Shown: in pieces, positions 51,623 through 64,000 of the stretch
How positions within the stretch are numbered: the stretch's first letter is position 1
Layout: each line of letters opens with the position of its first letter
The notes under the pieces: generated by a model
What the model was told of the DNA's origin: nothing
What the model saw: only the letters and a program-made list of their open reading frames with translations
Databases searched by the model: none
Made by a program: the position numbers and the translations under genes
DNA from: Epiperipatus broadwayi
Lineage: Eukaryota > Animalia > Onychophora
DNA length: 64,000 nt
Assembly (NCBI GenBank): GCA_028023455.1
Contig: JAQFVV010000002.1
Location: forward strand, 33,046,001 to 33,110,000
Reading direction: 5' to 3'

Positions 51623-52415
51623 TGGGGACAGTCTAAGATAAAGATGATTTGAATGCCTTCTCTTGTAGTAGCATTTATCATAATAAAAAAAAAAAGCTTG
51701 TTTAGAGCATTAGCATGCTCTTAAGTTTACATATTGGTAAATGCAAGCTATATAAAGTCATGTGACATCTGACTTTTTATTATTAATATTAAATTGTCAT
51801 ATATTTTAAATATTAAGCAAAGATATAGCCTTATAACTCATAGTATCTATTTATTTGCACATGGATTTTTTTGATGGCTTAATGATTAAGTAAATGTCAT
51901 AAACGAACCTGCAAAGATTCCAATCAGGAAATCCAATTTGCTGATGATTTTACTAAGAGCTTCAATTCTGTTACTGTATAGATTGATATGGCTGTCATTA
52001 ACTATGTTTTTCATAATTAGGGTTTATCCACATTTGTGGATGAGCATACTGAAAGTGGAATGCCCTGAATCTATTGATTTGTACCTAGAAAGATCAAATC
52101 CAATTGGCTTTGTTGTTGGATCTGGAAAAAGAAATTTATTTGGAATGTCATAACAATTCCATTTTGTGTTATAATTCTTTGACTGTAGATTTTTGGTTGA
52201 ACATTCATAAAAGGCATTTTGATTTGATATATATACAGTTGCATAATATATATGACATAATACAAATTATTACGTATCTAAGTCTTTGGTAATAAGAGCC
52301 ACATATAATCCTTTTCATACATTTTTGAATGTTTAAGAGTCATAATAGCTACTATTGGATCTAGTTTTGACCCGAATGACATGGGTCATTAAATGTTGAA
52401 ACACTTTTTAGCCAC

Positions 52416-52884
<469 letters not shown>

Positions 52885-53351
52885 TCAATTCAATTTCAAT
52901 TCAATTCAATTTATTCTATGAAATAAAACAAAGTACATCACAAATATTTAAAAACTCCAAACCAGAAAAATCTTGTGTGTGGAATTTACATGTAAAAATA
53001 AATTAAATAAAAATACAATCAAAAACTCAAAAGAATAGTTTAGGAAATAAATAAAATTAATTAAATAAATAAAATAAATGCCAAAATTAATACATACTAC
53101 ACAACCATTGACACAAATATTTTTTGAATGATATATAAGAAATATTATTCAGATCAATTGAACATTCATATACAAATTTATTAAACAACTTTGACCCAGA
53201 ATAAACATATTGTCTTCTACTAGATTCCTTAAAAAATTTTGGTAAAGGTAATTGAAATTTATTAGAAAGACGAGTATTTAGAACATAAACTCTAGAATTC
53301 AGAAAAGGTTTAGCACAAAAAATATCAAAAATAACTCTATATTGATATAAG
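52885..53351 (-). mobile_element. LINE 3' end (L2/CR1/Jockey-like) with (ATTGA)n tail
   Basis: Minus strand reads RRQYVYSGSKLFNKF (like the end of L2/CR1 ORF2); 3' end matches 36170-36290; AATTG repeats abut the microsatellite. Confidence 0.65.
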
Positions 53352-53375
53352 TGATAATAATAATAATAATAATAA

Positions 53376-54594
53376 AAGGATCATAACATCACTCTCCAGA
53401 TTATATCTCTCACTCTATGCAAAAGTGTCACTATTTAATCAACTTATAATGACCAAAATAACTTACTACCTGCCAATAATTACTTTTACAAAACAATTTA
53501 CAAAGTCAATTAACTCACTCTGTAATAAACTATTATGGAACAGAAAAATAGTAGCAATTTCAATAAAGTAACTAAACCAATCAACAAGGTGGAATGGCCT
53601 TGGGCTGCATGCAATACAAACTTTCTACACACAAAAAACAGTAAATCTACTGATTACAATATTCAGACGTTTTCCAAACATAGAACCAAAAGAGGAAATC
53701 ACACCAACGGACCGACCCCCACCCACAGACAATTATATAAATACACTATTGACAAGTATTAAAAACATTAAAGATAAAATAGCACTGAAGAACCCAATTA
53801 AATATACTTATTGGCAAATTCATGATTTTCTAACTCAAAGCCAAGAAAACAACAATAGGCTAACAGTACTAGGAATAAATAATAGTCAATTATTCAAAAA
53901 GTACAAAACATGGTATTTAGAACCTAAATTGTTTGACTTCATCCTCAAATTGAATTTAAATGCACTACCTACAGCACATTTCATTTGGTTCAGAAGATTT
54001 TACCTAAATGTTGATCCAATGTGTGCTTTATGTTACCGGGAAGAAGAAACACAAGAACATTTAATATATCACTGTAAAGGCTTAGAAAAAGTCAGACAAA
54101 TGATGGTGAATAATTACAGGAAAAGGGAAACCACAATAGAAAAAATGCTAAAAGCTTTCAATGAAAATAAAATACCTATAATACGTGCAGCAACTTTCAG
54201 TATATATGCCTTATGGTGTACCAGATGTGCTTTCACTTTAGGAAACAATCCAAGAAGACATCCCAACACATATCATAACAAGCTAGAAAAACTTAAGGAA
54301 AGGGACAATCTTCTAGCACCACCGGAAATTTATGCTGCCACATGGTCTCTATTTAAAATAAAAGCAGCCTTATAATGGATAGACCAAATACAACCTCTGA
54401 AAAATGGAAAACTGAAATGAACTCATAATAAGAACTGAAAAATCTAAAAGGTGTGAACTGCAAAAGACGCTAATGGTTAAAAAAAACAAAAGTATATCTT
54501 GTGTTTCAAGATGTATCCTAGAATATGATGTTTTATACAATGTATTACTTGATAAGAATGTAACCTTTTTTTTGCCTAATAAAGTTTGCTTTGA

Positions 54595-54622
<28 letters not shown>
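53376..54622 (+). mobile_element. L1/Tx1-like LINE 3' fragment with intact zf-RVT (CCHC) ORF
   Basis: ORF 53749-54375 (208 aa): LKLNLNALPT...DPMCALCYREEETQEHLIYHC...ALWCTRC; 3' UTR ends with AATAAA and an (AAT)n tail at about 54596-54622. Confidence 0.8.
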
Positions 54623-54625
<3 letters not shown>

Positions 54626-54849
54626 TGCTTGTTAATAATTTTTATAAAAAGCTTAAAATTTAATGTTTCAAAATATCTGTTTCTTACTTATCTTTAAAAC
54701 TTTATGAAATAAAATATTCTAATATCGATATGGCAACGGAAAGTATAAGCTTTTTTATTAATTCACCATGTCTGTATATATTTCTGTCTGTCTGTATGTC
54801 CACATTTTTGATATTTGCTTCAGCTGACTTGTTTTTTAGCGTTAACAAA

Positions 54850-55265
54850 ATATGTAAAAAAAAGTTTTTTAAATAATGCTTTTGTGTAAACAGTACTAAC
54901 CGAATAAAATATAGAAAAATAATCTGCCTAAAAAACTGAATCTTGATTAATTTGCCATTCTTGGAAAATATCAGAAATCTTAAGATTCTAGAATTGTTCT
55001 AAAATGATTGGAAATTGTGAGAATATTGTCATTTCATAAAAGCATTTGAGACCTTTTTGATTTTTATGATGTATTTGAGCCTCAAATGCTTTTATGAAAT
55101 GACAATATTCCCTGCATTTTCCAATTGTTTTGTAACAAGTCTAGAATCTTAAGATCTCTGATATTTTCCAAGAATGGCAAATTAACTGAGTATCATTTTT
55201 TTTCTACTTTTTAGTATTCTTTTTGTAAAAGCATTATTTTTTTTTTAATGTTTACATATTATTTT
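54850..55265. repeat. Fold-back element with about 190-bp arms (MITE-like)
   Basis: aatttgccattcttggaaaatatcaga...aatattgtcatttcataaaagcatttgag pairs with ctcaaatgcttttatgaaatgacaatatt...tctgatattttccaagaatggcaaatt. Confidence 0.85.
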
Positions 55266-56279
55266 TTCATATTGTTTTGGAAACCACATGCTGCTGACCA
55301 GCTGTAGTTTTCCTACTGTTGTCATATACAGTATATAATGTAATTTTAGCTGATTATATTGTTTGAATTAACTTGATTTGAAAATATAAAAATATTGTTA
55401 AAGATGGTTGCTTAATCTCCAGATATATTAGATGCAAAGCTCTTGACTGAAGATGTCTATAAAGCTGAAACACAACGAATGAGAACTATAAAAGTACTAT
55501 CCTCTATTGATTACGTAAGCTTAAATATATACCTTGAAATGTTGTAAATTAGTGGGTTATTATTTTTAGGAGCATAAGTTAAATATAAGCAAAGAAAGTC
55601 ATGTGACATTTTACCATATTTACATTTGGTGATTAGATAGATAAAAAGCTTTAAATAACTTGCTGCAATACAAAGGCATCTCCAGAACCCTCGTGTGTTG
55701 TCTACTATCCCTTGGTAAAGTTTTCTTTTTTGCTTCACATCTTGAAAAGAATATTTATAAGAAGAAATGTATATATTTGTAAATATTGAAAGTATTCGCT
55801 TGTGCGTGGGTGGGTAATTCTACATGGTAGCGTCGATATGTGTGCATATCATAATCTTATGAAAAATGAACCGACAATTCCTATCTTATTAGTTTTATCT
55901 TGAATCATAATTAGTTCTTAACGAGATTCACTAAGAACTTTGGGTAAATTGAATTGATTCGATTTCCAAATCATATGTCAGTGATTTAGGAAGTTGATTT
56001 TAGTAATTTTAAAAGTTAGTAATGATCAAATTATTGTTGCCGGTTACGATTGTTATATATTTCTTCCGTACAAAATAGTACCAGATTTAAAATTTATTTT
56101 AAATTAATGAAATATAAACGTTCTGCATTTGAATGCGCATCAAAGTTTACAACAAAACCTAACAAAATGCTGTATTAAATTGTTTCATTGAGTTATTTTA
56201 TGCTTCAAGCTACCACCAGGGACGAATAAATGATGAATGTGATCATAGTATTGTCTTGATTATTATGAAACATGCCTAC

Positions 56280-56388
56280 TTTTTTCCCATATATCATAGC
56301 ATTGGCCGGGATGTGAACCCGCAACAACTGTCTGCAACCAATTGCTTGCAAGGCAGCTGCGCTGACCTCTCAGCTAACAACGCTTGAC
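56280..56388 (-). mobile_element. tRNA-derived SINE-like element, long class
   Basis: Minus strand GTCAA-GCGTTGTTAGCTGAGAGGTCAGCGCAGCTGC-CTTGCAA-GCAAT-TGGTTGCAGACAGTTGTT-GCGGGTTCACATCCCGGCCAATGC-TATGATATATGGGAAAA. Confidence 0.82.
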
Positions 56389-57644
56389 TACTTGTAACTC
56401 AAGTAGCACAGTCTTTTTAATGAAAGTGATATAATAATCGTGCTTCTATACTAACATTTCTTGATATATGTGTGTGTGTGTGTGTGAATGTGCAGCTATA
56501 GCCACAAAATGAAGTATGATATCGCATCAAGAGATTTCAGTTATTAATATTATACATATACATGAATGTTGAAAGTTTTAGCAAGATTTTCATTTTTTTC
56601 CCCCACATTTCAGCTATGATGTAACCAAGCAAACAATCAAGTTAAAAACTGACATTGCAAATTGAAATCGTGTTCTTTAATAGTGGCCTTTATTTAACCC
56701 CCCTTTAATCCAAAAGTGAAACAGCTATTAGTTAATGCCCTCACTTTAAATAAGGAATTTAAATAAGGCATCTGTAAGTTTCATAAAAATGTACTTTTTA
56801 TAGGAGAGTCTTGTTTTCTTGTGAAAATATTTAAGAAGTTATTATATTTCCTCTTGTTATATATATAAAATATTGTCTGATCTACTTCCATTATTTAAAC
56901 TTAGAGCATAAACTAAAAATAGTTCCATTTTTAGTTTAGGGCTGGGCCAAACAAACTTGCTAATTGATTTCATTTCAATTTTCTATGCTAGCTTTTAATT
57001 GATCATTTAAGTAATTTCATTATAGTTGAAATTTATCTGGAAAAGTAGATGGAAAATTCCATTAAATTTTTCACTGCTTATACCTCTAAATCCATGAAAA
57101 TCTTCAAATTATTATATATATGTAAGAGTCACATAGTTTCAATGTCAATATCATATTAACTGCCAAAACTATTGAACAACATTTTTATAAAAAAAAGTAG
57201 ATTATAGCAATGTATGTTTAATGATATTTGGGATATATGCGTGGATTAGAAAAATGAAATGCCTTTTACCAGGCTTCATATATATACTTAGGTATTTAAT
57301 ATCTAAATGAAATGCCTTTTACCAGGCTTCATATATATACTTAGGTATTTAATATCTTAAAATGTCTTATTTCATAAGACAATTTCTAAATTGTAAATGG
57401 CAACTGCCAGAATGAATTTCAAGATGACTTTCAAGTGAATTCCGTTTCATCACATGCTTTATTGTCTTACATCTCCGTTGATAAAGTTAAGCCTTATATA
57501 ATGCTGAAATTTGCTACTACATATATATTATATAATATTTCACCATGATTCAGTAAAAGTCATTTTAACACTCTGAATCATAGCAATGAAGGGCGTCTAC
57601 TGAATTCATTGTGAAAAAAGATATAAATTTCATCTCTTTAATAT

Positions 57645-57862
57645 AAGTAATATTTACTAAGGCTGTAACCTCAAGAATAGTGCGTGTAAAAATGTGATAT
57701 TAGGGACCTCTACAGGTCTTAACTACAAGCTTATGCTTTGGAAGAAAATAGGGGAACCCCTTCTTTACTTCAACCTACATTCTATTTAAATAAGTGAAGC
57801 TGAAGCAGTTAGATCTGAAAGTGTGAAGCTATTCAATACTTCACTAATTAAGTCCACATTTA
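57645..57862. repeat. Single-arm copy of family C
   Basis: ataagtaatatttactaagg...gggacctctacaggtc...caacctac followed by the reverse complement of the 41392 core. Confidence 0.8.
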
Positions 57863-59290
57863 ATAAATTATGTAATTGATTATATGTGGATTGAAAAATT
57901 TATTTAGATAAATTAAAGTATTGCTTATGATACAATTCAACTAAATCATATTAAAAATAAATACAATACATCCATAATAGAATCATGTTTTGCTGATTAA
58001 ATTATTGGAATTGCCGTGGTAAATAATATACTCATATTTACTTCAAGATGTTTTCAGCAGTTTCTGTAAAATACACCATATCTTGTAATCTTCATTTACA
58101 ACAACCATCGTTAGGTTAAATTGTCCCGCATGGATTAATTAGGACAATGTTAGAGTAGCAGTTCTAGAGTTTGTGGTCTGTCGATCGCTGCTCCAGTCAT
58201 TACTTCTGTTGTTCAAACTTACAAATTCCTGAGCAGTAAATAATTTTGGATTATTGCAGAGCTAAACTCCTCGTGACTTCATACAAACTTATAAAGTATA
58301 TTTAAAAAATATCCAATATATTATAATAATTCAGAGAATTTTGCATCTTACATCGGATTTGCACCGATGCACTGCATGTTACTCGTGAACCATTCACGAT
58401 TATAAATAATAGTGTGGATCATATATCCAAACTACCTTCTGGCTATTCACTGTCATTATTGGAGCAGGCGCTATACTGCAGAGACCAATTATATTTACAC
58501 TATTCAAAGTAACGGGTTGACTATATTTATGGATTGCTCATTTATTATCAGCTCATAACTGAAGTCACGGAAATAGGTAGTTAACTCATTGCCTGGCTTT
58601 TGAAATTAGACAGACAAATGAAATTGAATTCAAAATGGTTGTTTGGAAATTCAAGTTATAAACTTGAATGACAATGTGGGTGAAGGATCAATGCTGAATA
58701 TCTGCAATGTTGACAGTATTTCTCTACGAGAATAGCCCTGGTTAGTCTCCGGATCTATTTGACATTACCATTGATGGCAATTGATTACTCAAGTAAACAC
58801 AACTGAATTATGAGTTGGCTAATGTGAAACAAACTTTAATTCTGTCAATTGCAAATTTAAATATGTGCACACACTTAGTTTCTTTTTGCATTTTGTTAAT
58901 AGCCAATTCAGAGCAAAAATCTCTCTGACATTCCCTCATAAAGTAACAATAAATAAGAAGAGTTTACTTCCACGGCTCAGATAGTTTGATAAGTTGGCTA
59001 TTGGGTCATCTATCTGAAAGAAAAATAATCTTAGAACTCAAGATAAATTCAAGTTTATCCAATCAATATTTAAACCTTACTATAAAACCATTTTAATAAA
59101 TATATTGTTTATTTTTAGCCAAAAAATTAATTTTCCTAGTTAAATAAAACAGGTAAAAGTTTAATCCATTTGCAGTTAAATGCTGATCTAAGTTAGCATT
59201 ATCATTCTGAAATTAAGGACTACTGTTCAATAAGTTTGAACTATCAAACATCACTTGATCACCATACTTTATGCTTATACAAACTGTTTT

Positions 59291-59707
59291 TCACAGAGGC
59301 AAAATTCTTCATACAGTAGCGCCACTCAGTGCAAGTTAGAGTAATCAATAGATGCAGTAATGTTTGTACATTAAATTCCTACTTAGTGCCTACTCATCCA
59401 ATATCCCCAGACTAGTTTCTAACTTGTGGCTTTCATCAGTGAGGAGTTTTGAATCTGAGAGCACTGCACCTAGATCTTAGGATCTAATGCATCCCTCTGA
59501 TCTGAGAGCACTGCACCTAGATCTTGGGATCTAATGCAACTCTCCAACAGCAATCTCACTGATGAAAGCCACAAGGTAGAAATTAGTCTGGGAATATTGG
59601 ATGAAAAGGCACTAGATAGGAATTTTTTGCACAAACCTTCATGCATCCATTGATTACTCTAGCTTGCACTGAGTGGTGCTACTGTATGGAGAGTTTTGTC
59701 TCTGTGA
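59291..59707. mobile_element. Symmetric family A fold-back with a hammerhead motif on each strand
   Basis: Arms about 150 bp; motifs at 59404-59445 (-) and 59554-59593 (+); internal tandem duplication of about 40-45 bp (tctgagagcactgcacctagatctt..ggatctaatgca). Confidence 0.85.
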
Positions 59708-60257
59708 TCAATAAGTTTACATGTTAAGGCATTCACTTCTATTTTGTACGATATTCTAGATTTTTTGGCATTATCCTGTTTAAATATAAACATCTAAAAT
59801 GAATATCAAACCTCAAAATATATTATGCTAATTTTTTCCATTAAACAGCGAAATGTTCTTATTCAATTTTTTATTAATAAGATATTACAATGAATTTATT
59901 GTGTTTTTGAACCCTTTAAAAAAAAAATCAAAAAAGTTATATATGCAGAGATTATGCATCAAACAAAGAATTCCATAATTCTCAACTTACTTTAAACATC
60001 TGCGTTAATGCAATAATTTGTTCTGTTAGTCTACTTCTGAGCCCTCTATTGGTAGATTATCCATGGAGTAAACTAATAGAGTGGATATTTAAGGGCCTCA
60101 CTTGATATTTATATGAAAATACGGTTCTACTATTTACATTGAATCTGATGTTGATTTTGTTACGAGTTAATAATGTGATCCACTGTTCTTTCATTTTTAT
60201 TCATATTATTTCTTTAATATTTATTATTACACAGAAATGGTGATCATATGATATTTA

Positions 60258-60851
60258 TTCGTCATCAACCAATATCAATCCACTTCAGGATGAAGGTCTC
60301 TCCAAGTTCAATTTTTCGATCTTTAGCTTCTCTTCTCCACATCACTCCTACACACTTTCTTATTTCATCCATCCATCTCACATGTGGTCTCTTTCTGGGT
60401 CTTTTACAAACACTTGGAATCCAGTTTAAGATTTCAATTGTCCATCTATTCAACTCTTCTAGTAATATGTCCAGCCCAACTCCACTTGTCTTTTAATTTT
60501 TTTAATGAGATCAGTAACACCTATTTGTTCTTACCCATATATTGCGTTTTCAATCTCTTCTTGTTATTCCCAACATGCATCTCTCCATACTTCTTTGAGT
60601 GATCTGAAGTCTCTGTATTGCTCTTCTATTAAGTGTCCAAGTCTCAGATTCATAAGTAAGAACAGGTAAAACCCATTTATTAAAAACCTTGCTTTTCAAA
60701 CACATAGGCATATTTTCTTTTAGTATCAAGTTATTTCTACCAAAAGCACTCCAACCAAGTTTAATTCTATGATTAGTTTATCCATTATGTTTCCATCTGT
60801 ATTAATAATTAACTGTTAACTTCTTCTAACTCGTAATCAATCTTTATTTTT
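60258..60851 (-). mobile_element. RTE LINE 3' fragment
   Basis: Reverse complement of about 6505-7130 with high similarity (KRPRKRPHVRWMDEI). Confidence 0.92.
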
Positions 60852-62200
60852 ATATTATTATTTACTAATTAAATAATTCAAACAATTAAATATTTTTTTG
60901 ATTCTTCTGTTTATTTGTATAGGAATTATGATAAATAAATAATCAAAGTAAGATTGAAATAAACAACGATTAATAACTATATTATATTTATCGAAGTGGC
61001 TTTCATCTCCATTGAGAACTTCTCAAGATATTATACTAAACAATTCATATAGCCATCTACTGAACATTATTTACATTAAATTGTGCTTTTTTAATCAATT
61101 GAGATGAAATCTGGTTCAATAAGTATTATAATAGTTATTAATAATTGTTTATTTCAACCTTACTTTGATTGATTATTTATTTATGTATTTGTGACGACAT
61201 TATGGACAAATAAATTGTATTGGATATTTGACCGTTATAAGGAATTACGATATATGGATAAGTCCTTTGTAATATAGAAAATTATCGCAATATTGCACCA
61301 CATAGTATAAATTATGCTAATGAATTGACAAATGGTAAGTGGTGATCCAAATCATGGGGTCTCACATGTGAATCTGTCTTCACAAGATATAAACCAAATA
61401 TGTTAATAAGTAATCAATATTTTGAATAATTGTAGGTGTTCATTTCTATTTTTAAATTAATGATTTCACTGATAGTGTTAGCTCAGATTTTATTAGCTCT
61501 GTTTTGAAATAATTTTTTCATGGCTTTATGATATGTCATATTTTTAGATCATCCAAAAAGAACATATGGTTTTCATTTAAAAGAGAAAATGTAAAAACAA
61601 TAAATCAAACACTGTTTAATCATTAAGATATGATGATTGTTTTTCAATTATATACTTACCATAGCATGTCATGTCATCAACTTTGATAATTCTATACCAC
61701 ATGACCTTCCCAGTAACTGACTAATATTTGTCTAGATCAGGAGTGGGCAATCTATAGCATACCATGGAATTAATTTTGGCATATGGAATCCCTGATTATA
61801 AGAATAAAAAATAGTATAATAAAATAAAATAAAGAATTTTTATTAATATTCGGGGGGGGGGGCAAAAAAATTAAAATTCTATAAGCCAAACTTTTAAAAA
61901 AATATTGTTTACACTCCGGAAGTAGATGTTTCACACTTGTTTCATTTTGAGGATTAATAGAAAATGAGTTCATAAAATTGTTTGTTCACTTTATAATTGT
62001 TCATTTAAAAATGTTCTTAACTCCAAATATTAAAAATCTTGTGAAAACAAAACAAACTCTCAAGACTCATTTAAAGGAAACAACATTTTAATATTTGTTC
62101 TGTGATTGACTAAGATATTTACTAGCGCAGTTTCAGACGGTATCAACTTCTACGCATGCTCTGTTCTGTTGTTAAACCAAAAGTTTTGGTTGTCTATGAA

Positions 62201-62627
62201 TATATTGTACAGGCTTAACACCTGCATTCGTATATGTAATATATGCGGGATTCGAACTCAGACTTTCACACGACCCACAATTCTCAGTGCCATTTTATAT
62301 TGCTGAACCACCTGATCACACACATGTTGAAAAATAATCACCAATACTCATATTTCGTGCTAAATCAGCACTCAGCAGTTGGTCCAGATCACCATCTCCA
62401 CACATATACAATCAGTATTCAACTTTATATTAAGATAGCCAATCTTCATACTTTAATGGTCAGGCTAAAGCTGAGTACTGATTGTGGAGATGGTAATCTG
62501 GAGCCACTGATAAGTGCTGGCTTAGCACGAAATACTTATATTGGTTATTATTTTTCAACATGTGTGTGATCAGGTGGTTCAGCAATATAAGATGGCACTG
62601 AGAGTTGTGGGTTGTGTGAAAGTCTGA
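62201..62627. mobile_element. Family D fold-back insertion with 12-bp TSD
   Basis: Arms of about 170 bp (aactcagactttcacacgacccac / gtgggttgtgtgaaagtctgagtt); direct repeat GTTGTCTATGAA at 62189-62200 and 62628-62639. Confidence 0.8.
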
Positions 62628-63146
62628 GTTGTCTATGAAGAAACTCATCTTTTTAAAATATCATGTGGCTTTATAGAGTTTCCTCATAGTCAACAAACGT
62701 TGGTTTAATATGACAATACAGGACATGTAGCAGTTGATTACTGTGTTTAGAATTATATTTGTTCTGTAGTACATTATTATGAAAGAAATGTTAAATATTT
62801 CTGTATTGTATTGTATATAATAGCAACCTAAAATGTATATATATGCATGTGAAATCATGGTTGGAAAAATCGTTGCATGAACTTAAAATGTTGACTACCC
62901 CCAATTTAGAATGATCATTACTGATTTTCTTTTATCATGGCCATTTAACATACATATGCATTCATTTTCTATAAAATTAATAAATTGCGCATGCTCAATC
63001 GATTTCACATAATATATAACTTTGTTATTTAGTAGTAAAAATTTACAATGATAATCGTAGACCAGTTTGTAATTTGTGTTGTATTATATATATATATGTT
63101 ACGTTCGCCTAAGGGAAAGCAAGTTGAAATAATTTGGTTTGTATCA

Positions 63147-63230
63147 GCATCTTGGTGGTCTAGTGGTTAGCATAGCTGTCTTCCAAGCAGCTGGCCCAGG
63201 TTCACTTCCCGGTCAATGCATTTGACATAT
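63147..63230 (+). mobile_element. tRNA-Gly(TCC)-derived pseudogene / SINE-like copy (short class)
   Basis: GCATCTTGGTGGTCTAGTGGTTAGCATAGCTGTCTTCCAAGCAGC...CAATGCA followed by TTTGACATAT; a 2-nt insertion in the acceptor stem and an altered B-box (GGTTCACTT). Confidence 0.8.
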
Positions 63231-64000
63231 ATATAATAAATTCTTTATATCATTAAGGTATATATGTGCTGCTGAAACTTCGTTCTAATGCTCATCTAAC
63301 TTATTGGTGTGAGGATAAATTGGGTCAGTCAAGATTGTACTGCTATATGAAATGGTCAAGTATTGTCTAATAACATATAAGTATATACAGTGTTATATCA
63401 TAAATACGGTTTTTATTGTATTATTGCTCTGCATTGTTTGATGAGATGGTAGATTCTAGGGTTCAAAGTCCTTGGATCACGATCCCATTTGTTTTTAACA
63501 GTATTTGACTTCTTATGAACTCCTGAACAATAAACCATTTAATTATTTGCAATTAAAGAATTTAAAGTCATCATAAATTGACCTCTACTGCTTTCTTCGT
63601 AAAATGTATACATTGAAAACTTTTGAAACAAGACTAGTATAATATTAAAGTTCAAGAAAAGAGAATGAAATAGAAGTTTAGTACTAAACTAAACCATTTA
63701 ATGTGTTTGATATTTTGACTTTGATACATGCAAATAGGTTTTTTTAAGTCTAATTTTAGTAATTGAAACAGTATCTGTTATTAAATATAATACAAATTTG
63801 CATATGTTTGTTCATTTGCATAACAAACACAGGCGAACAAACGTATGTAAATTTGAATTACAAATATGGAAGGAAAAAGCAATAATATATTAAATACAAT
63901 ACTAATTTTTAGACAGTTTAAGAGTAAATCTGTGAACATTACGAGTTAATGTGCACACTTTCGGCCTGTGCCTTTCTAATGTTGGCTTAGCATGAAATAC

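Noticed and set aside
58040-58900. GC-richer block as an LTR integrase or Tc1 remnant
   Set aside because: Only isolated 4-5 residue resemblances were seen and no family could be supported.

Overview
Very AT-rich eukaryotic (invertebrate-type) genomic DNA, mostly intronic or intergenic and dense in transposon relics. The only clear host gene is a TWIK/KCNK1-like two-pore-domain K+ channel on the + strand. An internal exon (20792-21190) and the last coding exon (45037-45266) are separated by a 23.8-kb intron; the first coding exon is not in the window. Recognisable mobile DNA: a Merlin (IS1595/ISXO2-like) transposon, hAT elements, RTE, Ingi/I-like and L1/Tx1-like LINE fragments, and five tRNA-derived SINE-like copies in two structural classes. 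The most striking pattern is about 16 fold-back (inverted-repeat) segments of 0.1-2.3 kb. Several are flanked by 11-14 bp target-site duplications (TSDs), two contain Penelope-like RT and/or GIY-YIG remnants, and many carry minimal hammerhead-ribozyme cores with palindromic helix-III loops. Also noted: a candidate internal TATA/Inr promoter and exon in phase with the last channel exon, and a symmetric 399-nt exon whose back-splice junction would rebuild a TTGYG filter motif. All coordinates, alignments and RNA folds were read by eye; no searches or computations were run, so boundaries without a TSD are approximate.
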